In this document: piece after piece, positions 58,364-64,000 of the stretch
Layout: every line of letters starts with the position of its first letter
How positions within the stretch are numbered: the first letter of the stretch is position 1
Source: Candidatus Limnocylindrales bacterium
Lineage (GTDB): Bacteria; Acidobacteriota; Terriglobia; Acidiferrales; UBA7541
DNA: 64,000 nucleotides
Direction of reading: 5' to 3'
Assembly: GCA_035501415.1 (NCBI GenBank)
Contig: DATJWH010000011.1
Location: 16,421-80,420, forward strand
The notes under the pieces: model-generated
The model's input: only the letters and a program-made list of their open reading frames with translations
Database searches by the model: none
What the model was told of the DNA's origin: nothing
Position numbers and translations under genes: made by a program

Positions 58364-58574
58364 GGCGACGACCTAAGAGAGTAAGGGGCAGGAATCGCGA
58401 ATTTCCAGGGACTCCATGACCTCTCGAGAAGAAACGATCACGAACCTTCCGCAAAAACGAACGACCGCGCGGAGCGATTCGCTCTAATCAATTATAACGG
58501 CTTTCGAGGGCGGGGTGCGCGGAATCGATCGAATCCGCAGGCTTCGATTCGCGAACTGGATTTACAATGGAAAT

Positions 58575-60416
58575 ATGCCCTGCGCGATTGAAGATTACGC
58601 CCTGATCGGAAATTGTGAAACGGCGGCGCTCGTCGGGAAGGACGGCTCGATCGATTGGCTGTGCTTGCCGAGGTTCGATTCCGGTGCATGCTTTGCGGCG
58701 ATTTTGGGGAGCGCGGAGAACGGCCGCTGGCAAATCACGCCGAAGGAGAAGGCGCGCGTGAGCCGCTGCTACCGCGAGAAAACGCTGATTCTGGAGACGC
58801 GCTTCGAAACGGCGAGCGGAACGGCGACGTTGATCGACTTCATGCCGATTCGGCGCGGGCACAACGAGATCATTCGCATGGTGCGCGGCGATCGCGGCAA
58901 AGTGGCGATGCGAATGGATTTGGTGGTGCGGTTTGATTACGGCAGGTCGATCCCGTGGGTGACGCGCCAGGATGACGGACGGCTGGTGGCGATTGCCGGG
59001 CCGAATCTGCTGGCGCTGCGGACGGCGGTTCCGACGCGCGGCGAAGGGATGACGACGGTCAGCGAGTTCACGGTGGAAGCGGGACATCCGATGTGCTTTG
59101 GGCTGGCGTACGCGCCGTCGTTCGGGCGCCCACCGAAGGGGATGAACTTCGCGTCGGAGCTGCGGCGCACGGAGCAATGGTGGCGGAAATGGATTTCGCG
59201 CTGCAAGTACAGCGGGCCCGCCGCGGATGCGGTGGAGCGGTCGCTGATCACGTTGAAGGCGCTGACGTACGAACCGACGGGAGGGATTCTGGCGGCGCCG
59301 ACCACGTCTCTGCCGGAGCAGCCGGGCGGCAGCCGCAACTGGGATTACCGGTTCTGCTGGCTGCGCGACGCGACATTCACGCTGCTGGCCCTGATGCACG
59401 CGGGCTATCACGGCGAAGCCAAGAGGTGGAGGAGTTGGCTGGTGCGCGCGGTGGCCGGCACACCCGATCAATTGCAAATCATGTATGGCGTGGCGGCGGA
59501 ACGGCAAATCGTGGAGTTGGAGGCGCCATGGCTTTCCGGCTATAAGGGTGCGTCGCCGGTGCGAATCGGCAACGCAGCCGCGCGGCAATTGCAGCTTGAC
59601 GTCTACGGAGAGATTGGCGACGTATTGCATCAGGCGGGCGCTCACCGGAAGAACAAGGCGGAAGCCGCGTTCGATCTTCAGCGCGAGCTGCTTGCGCACC
59701 TCGGCAAAATCTGGCGCAAACCCGATCACGGCATCTGGGAGGTGCGCGGCAGGCCGCAGCATTTCACTCACTCAAAAGTGATGGCGTGGGTGGCGTTCGA
59801 CCGCGCGGTCAAGACGTGCGAGCAATTCAAGCTCGACGGGCCGGTGGATCAGTGGCGCGCGGTGCGGGAGGAGATTCACGAGGAAGTCTGCCGGTCGGGC
59901 TTCAACGCGGAGCTGGGAACATTCGTTCAGCACTATGGCTCGAAGGAAGTGGACGCGAGCCTGCTGCAGATTCCGCTGGTGGGCTTTCTGCCGGCGTCCG
60001 ATCCGCGAGTGAAAGGCACCGTGAGGCAGATCGAAGAGAAGCTGATTCGCAACGGGCTCGTGCTGCGCTACGACACAAAACGCGTGGAGGATGGACTGAA
60101 TCAAGGCGAAGGGGCGTTTCTGGCGTGCAGCTGCTGGCTGGCCGACGTATATGTGCTGCTGGGCGAATTCGAGAAGGCGGAGCGGCTGCTGCAGCGCGTG
60201 CTGAGCCTGCGAAATGACGTTGGGCTGCTGGCGGAGGAGTACCACGTGGGCGAAAAAGCGTTTGCGGGAAATTTCCCGCAGGCATTTTCGCACGTGGGCC
60301 TGGTGAACACGATCCTCAGCCTGCACACGGGGCGCGGGCCGGCGCATCAACGCGCGGGGCACATGAATCACAAGCGTCGCGCGCCGGAGCGAGGGGAACC
60401 GATGGCAAAGGCCTGA
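58575..60416 (+). CDS. glycoside hydrolase family 15 protein (glucoamylase/trehalase type)
   Basis: IEDYALIGNCETAALVGKDGSIDWLCLPRFDS N-terminus, RNWDYRFCWLRDA, C-terminal (alpha/alpha)6 region. Start at ATG 58575. Confidence 0.85.
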   Translation: MPCAIEDYALIGNCETAALVGKDGSIDWLCLPRFDSGACFAAILGSAENGRWQITPKEKARVSRCYREKTLILETRFETASGTATLIDFMPIRRGHNEIIRMVRGDRGKVAMRMDLVVRFDYGRSIPWVTRQDDGRLVAIAGPNLLALRTAVPTRGEGMTTVSEFTVEAGHPMCFGLAYAPSFGRPPKGMNFASELRRTEQWWRKWISRCKYSGPAADAVERSLITLKALTYEPTGGILAAPTTSLPEQPGGSRNWDYRFCWLRDATFTLLALMHAGYHGEAKRWRSWLVRAVAGTPDQLQIMYGVAAERQIVELEAPWLSGYKGASPVRIGNAAARQLQLDVYGEIGDVLHQAGAHRKNKAEAAFDLQRELLAHLGKIWRKPDHGIWEVRGRPQHFTHSKVMAWVAFDRAVKTCEQFKLDGPVDQWRAVREEIHEEVCRSGFNAELGTFVQHYGSKEVDASLLQIPLVGFLPASDPRVKGTVRQIEEKLIRNGLVLRYDTKRVEDGLNQGEGAFLACSCWLADVYVLLGEFEKAERLLQRVLSLRNDVGLLAEEYHVGEKAFAGNFPQAFSHVGLVNTILSLHTGRGPAHQRAGHMNHKRRAPERGEPMAKA

Positions 60417-60443
60417 AGCGGACGGCCCTTTCCGCGTTCTACG

Positions 60444-61148
60444 CTACAGATGCCTAAAGGGCTCGTCCACGGTTTCCGGCGATGCCTTCTTCGAGTCGCG
60501 CTCCAACGACTTGCTGACCAGCTCCTTCGATCCGAGCCCGACGGCGAGCGCCAAAGCAAATACAATTCCGCCGAAAAGAATCCCGAAAGCCAGCTCGACG
60601 ATTCCGACGGCGATCTTCAAGTGTTCCAAGGCCATCGCCACGGTCAGCACCATGACCAGCCACCGCGTGCCGACGCTGAGCAAGCGCGCATACTCAAGAT
60701 TCAGATTGACCGCTCCAATCAGCACGCTGCGCGAGAGAAAGCGGGCCACCACAGTTCCGACGAGCAGGACGAAAATCGCGCCGATGATGTTGGGCACATA
60801 CCCGACCACGCTCCGCACGAGCGAAGACGTCATTTCGGAGTCGAACGCCGCGATTCCGATCAGCAATCCAGCCAGAATGATCGCGCACGCCACGATCGTG
60901 GAAACCAGCAGAGAAGGGCTCTTCCGCGGCGACCATTCGGAAATCGACGTGAGGCCCCAGTGCGACAGGCGTTCGTCAAAGCGCATGCCTACGAGCAACC
61001 GGCGCAGTATGGCCGCAACAATCCACGCGAGGATGAGGGAAATCAACAGAGCCAGGATGAGGGCGACAACGCCGGGCAGAAGGCTGGCGAGCCTCGTGAT
61101 GAATCCCTGCGCCGATTGATTCAATGCCTGCCTCACTTGCTGCCACAT
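60444..61148 (-). CDS. membrane protein with conserved-TM-helix repeats (mechanosensitive-channel-associated type)
   Basis: AAGGAGGGA precedes ATG 61148. MWQQVRQALNQSAQGFITRLASLLPGVVALILALLI and repeated helix units. Confidence 0.55.
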   Translation of the reverse strand: MWQQVRQALNQSAQGFITRLASLLPGVVALILALLISLILAWIVAAILRRLLVGMRFDERLSHWGLTSISEWSPRKSPSLLVSTIVACAIILAGLLIGIAAFDSEMTSSLVRSVVGYVPNIIGAIFVLLVGTVVARFLSRSVLIGAVNLNLEYARLLSVGTRWLVMVLTVAMALEHLKIAVGIVELAFGILFGGIVFALALAVGLGSKELVSKSLERDSKKASPETVDEPFRHL

Positions 61149-61168
61149 AGATCCCTCCTTGTAACGGG

Positions 61169-62419
61169 CTAAGGGTTGAAGCGGTCCGGCCAACGCCAGC
61201 GCGAGACCAGATACGGCTTTTCGGCCTCGTAGGCGAGCGAAAGGCGCTCAAGCTGCTTTTCAACTGCGACCGTCCCACTCGTCTCGAACTCGCGCGAATA
61301 GGAAGCAATCCATCCGAGATAGAGCGGAGTGAGCGAGCGAAGCAGATGATCGCGGTTGATGGTTCGGAGACGATGCGCCAGCGCAAAGTCGTAAACGATG
61401 CGGCTCCACAGCGAATCCGGGAAAAGAAACTGCTCGGGAGCGAGGCGCGAAATCTTGCGGATCTCGAGCAGACTGGCCGGCGGCAGCACAAGGCCCCAGA
61501 TTTCCTGCAGGTCGCGCGTGCCTTGCTGAAACGAACTCAATAGGCGATCCAATTCCACGGTCGCCGCAGTTTGCTCCGGCGGCGGAGGATTGTTGAGAGC
61601 CTTCACCTGCATGGAATTTCGCGTCTTCTGCCAGCACGCGGCGTTTCGCTCGACCGTGAGAAAGACGGGCCCGAGAATCTCGGCAAGCAGGGAGCTGACA
61701 CTCGTCCAGTCGACCGGCGGATAGGTTCGCGAGCCCAGATAAAGCTGAGCGACCTGGAAATTCTCGCAGCAGGCCAGCGGAGCGACCGATGCAAGGAGAT
61801 GAAGGCCGCCGGCCGGCTTGCCCTCCTGATTGGCCAGCAGCCTCTGAAGGAAGCGTTGCGAAATCCCGAGGTCCGGCCCCATCGGATTTTGAATGCGGCG
61901 GCCGTAGAGGCTTCGCGAAAGCGGGTAGACGATGCTGTTGTTCAGCAGGCCTTCGAATTTATGCCGGGTGTAGCACGGCGCGATGAAATCGAGGGAGCCG
62001 TCGAGAAGCGGCCCACTGAGACGCTGAACCCACTGCGGATCGGCGCGTTCGAGGCGCGAGGCGATGACGCAGCAGCCCCGCGCACCGAGCCGGTCGGCCG
62101 TGCGAAAAACGGATTCGTACGCCGCGACGATGCTCGCAATCGGTCCCGGCGCGCCGGGGTCCTGCAGTTGCAATGGGATCAGCGATACGGAATCGCCTTC
62201 AGGCGTGGCCGGCTGCTCGGCAGTGGCCGGTTCCGAATGCGGAGCGGCGCGATGGTACAAAACCATCGCGCGCGGAGTTCCCGGGAGCGCTCGAAGGGAA
62301 TCGCACACGCCGGCGATCGAGGGCTGATCCAGCTCGGCCAGAATGCCGACAACAAGGTCGGCGCTCTGAATCTCTTCGACATTTTGCCGGGCTGGTTGCG
62401 GAACAGCGTCGACTGCCAA
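61169..62419 (-). CDS. hypothetical protein, possibly a GT-A-like glycosyltransferase
   Basis: 416 aa. TTG start with GAGG 8 nt upstream. N-terminal ADLVVGILAELD and central YTRHKFEGLLNNSIVYPLSRSLYG resemble nucleotide-sugar transferase-like proteins. The functional call is weak. Confidence 0.45.
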   Translation of the reverse strand: MAVDAVPQPARQNVEEIQSADLVVGILAELDQPSIAGVCDSLRALPGTPRAMVLYHRAAPHSEPATAEQPATPEGDSVSLIPLQLQDPGAPGPIASIVAAYESVFRTADRLGARGCCVIASRLERADPQWVQRLSGPLLDGSLDFIAPCYTRHKFEGLLNNSIVYPLSRSLYGRRIQNPMGPDLGISQRFLQRLLANQEGKPAGGLHLLASVAPLACCENFQVAQLYLGSRTYPPVDWTSVSSLLAEILGPVFLTVERNAACWQKTRNSMQVKALNNPPPPEQTAATVELDRLLSSFQQGTRDLQEIWGLVLPPASLLEIRKISRLAPEQFLFPDSLWSRIVYDFALAHRLRTINRDHLLRSLTPLYLGWIASYSREFETSGTVAVEKQLERLSLAYEAEKPYLVSRWRWPDRFNP

Positions 62420-62511
62420 GATAGAAACCTCATGCGCAAGAATGATGTTTCAGAGCCGCCAGCCGCACTCGCTTGCGTGCGGCGTGCCGCCAACAGCGTG
62501 AGTTCCCCGGG

Positions 62512-64000
62512 TCAAGATTGCAAGGAGCTGATGCCGATCAGCGGGATTCGAACCCAGGCCGGGCGGCTGTTCAACTCGTAGAGCAGTTCGTACAGCACTT
62601 TGTCGAGCAGAAAAATCTCGAGGAGCCAGCGCCGGTCGCTCGCGGCGGGCGGTACGAATTCCGCAGCCTCGCACGTTTGCCAGTAAGCGCGCAGAAATTC
62701 CGCCGAAACGGAGCGCTCCCACAATTTCGCCCAAGGCTCGAGTTTCGCATAGGCATCCGGATGCCGGGCGACGTAATTGATCAAGCTTGCGTACGCGGCG
62801 TAGCTGAACGAGCGAATCATTCCCGCGACATCCTTCAGCGGACTCTGTTTCGAGCGCCGGTAGTCGAGCGACCTCGACGGCTCGCCTTCGAAATCGAGTA
62901 TGACGAAATCTGTCTTCACGCGGAGCAGCTGGCCCAGATGATAGTCGCCATGAATGCGCGTCTTCTGCGCTCGAATCGCCGATGCGTTTCCGGTCATTTC
63001 CATTTTGTCGAGGATTCTCTTCCGGCGCGTCAGAACGGACGCCGCTGTTTCGATGACTTCGTCGGCGAGGTGCGGCACGCGCTCGCGCAGGACCTCAAAA
63101 GCCGTCGACGCATTCTGGCGGACTTCCGCGACCAGCGTTTCCAAATCTTTTCCGGCCAGCGGCTCGGGCGCGAATGCGGGATTGTCGGTGGGGGATGCCA
63201 GCGCGAGGTGCATCTCGGCGGTGCGGCGCCCAAGAGTCGCGGCGGCGTCCAGATAGATGCCAACGTGGTCCCGCGCCAATTGGGAGAGCGGCCGATCGAC
63301 AAGTTCGAAGATATCCGCGGGCTCGCCGGAGTCCTGCGGGAAAGGTTGAGGCGAGGACATCTCGTAATAGCGATCCAGTTCCTCGATTGTCCACTTCCAG
63401 CCATCGCCTTCGTTGACGACCAGGCCCTGCAGCATCGCGAGAGTCATCGCGCTGCCGTTGCCCGTGGGAGCGTATTCGATCGAGCCGGCGAACGGGGGAA
63501 TGCGGTCGAAACCCGCCTTCTCCGTGAGGTACTTGCCGATTTCGCAGTCCGGATTCACGCCTTCTTCGAGTCGCCGGAAAAGCTTCAGGATGAGGCGGTC
63601 GCCATACAAGATCGAGGTATTGCTTTGCTCGGCGGATGTACGCCGGACTTGCAGGGGAAGCTCGCTCGCGTCCAGGATCGGCCGCAAAGCCGCACCCGGG
63701 ACGCCGCGGATCGTTCCGTTGCGCGTTTGAATTTCCTTCCCGCTTTCGATGAGCGAGAGCACGGCCTGGCACGTGCTGTCATCAAAGAGCGCATCGTGAA
63801 GAAGGCCCGAAACTCCGCGCACGAAAATCGGCGCGATGATGGAGTTCGGATTCGAGTGGCGCAGTTCCTCCGCGGCCTGCTCATCCAGAGTGGCCCCGAG
63901 CGGCAGCAGATACACGTCGGACGGTCCAGCGGCGTATTGAACCTCGACGATGGCCAGCGCCGATTTCCACGTCTCGAGCACCGCCCAATCGAGGACGCGC
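62512..64000 (-). CDS. mak: maltokinase (Mak/Pep2-like, aminoglycoside-phosphotransferase fold), 5' end beyond window
   Basis: Kinase-like motifs RIHGDYHLGQLL and DFEGEP. The frame stays open upstream of the GTG at 63981 up to the window edge, so the gene may be longer or fused to treS. Confidence 0.75.
   Translation of the reverse strand, partial: RVLDWAVLETWKSALAIVEVQYAAGPSDVYLLPLGATLDEQAAEELRHSNPNSIIAPIFVRGVSGLLHDALFDDSTCQAVLSLIESGKEIQTRNGTIRGVPGAALRPILDASELPLQVRRTSAEQSNTSILYGDRLILKLFRRLEEGVNPDCEIGKYLTEKAGFDRIPPFAGSIEYAPTGNGSAMTLAMLQGLVVNEGDGWKWTIEELDRYYEMSSPQPFPQDSGEPADIFELVDRPLSQLARDHVGIYLDAAATLGRRTAEMHLALASPTDNPAFAPEPLAGKDLETLVAEVRQNASTAFEVLRERVPHLADEVIETAASVLTRRKRILDKMEMTGNASAIRAQKTRIHGDYHLGQLLRVKTDFVILDFEGEPSRSLDYRRSKQSPLKDVAGMIRSFSYAAYASLINYVARHPDAYAKLEPWAKLWERSVSAEFLRAYWQTCEAAEFVPPAASDRRWLLEIFLLDKVLYELLYELNSRPAWVRIPLIGISSLQS

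Noticed and set aside
58488-59771. 427-aa minus-strand ORF
   Set aside because: Antisense to the GH15 gene, which has clear family signatures. Composition is Arg/Pro-rich.
62536-62552. GGGTTCGAATCCCGC (minus strand) resembling a tRNA T-arm
   Set aside because: The flanks do not form the T-stem, acceptor stem or anticodon arm. The sequence lies inside the maltokinase reading frame, encoding ...AWVRIPLIG....

Overview
High-GC bacterial chromosomal segment. The gene content (sedolisin-Ig giant protein, tricorn-like protease, many secreted beta-propeller and Ig proteins) suggests Acidobacteriota; this taxon call is an inference. Coding density is high, at about 46 genes, and I saw no rRNA, tRNA, CRISPR array, transposase or integrase.

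Recognisable blocks, in order:
- galT-galE
- a two-subunit molybdo-oxidoreductase (IorAB-like)
- the nitrogen module amtB-glnK-glnD
- msrPQ
- two tandem paralogous secreted beta-propeller proteins
- a translationally coupled pair of thymidylate-kinase-like genes
- cspA-like gene, EamA transporter, AsmA
- a 1450-aa sedolisin (S53) protein with Ig repeats
- acnA
- yggX, zwf, glk
- a tricorn-like S41 protease
- an L-fucose-type non-phosphorylative sugar-acid cluster (UxaA-family dehydratase, 2 SDRs, COG3618 lactonase, FucP)
- an alpha-glucan/trehalose island (treZ-GH57-treY, GH15, maltokinase)

The most interesting signals are two genes that the ORF track splits or truncates at in-frame TGA codons. 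Both look like selenocysteine recoding events.
1. A deiodinase-like thioredoxin-fold protein carries the motif FGSYT-U-PPF (25184..25852, minus strand).
2. A B12-domain radical SAM protein has a reading frame that continues through TGA to give C-U-A-E-P (35063..36577, plus strand).

Each TGA is followed, after exactly 12 nt, by a stable hairpin with G in the apical loop, which is bacterial SECIS-like.

Downstream of the radical SAM selenoprotein lies an unannotated 41-codon ORF with a strong Shine-Dalgarno sequence, followed by an ATP-grasp ligase. Together these are a candidate uncharacterised small-molecule or peptide-modification cassette.

All functional calls rest on motifs recognised by eye. 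No database search was run.
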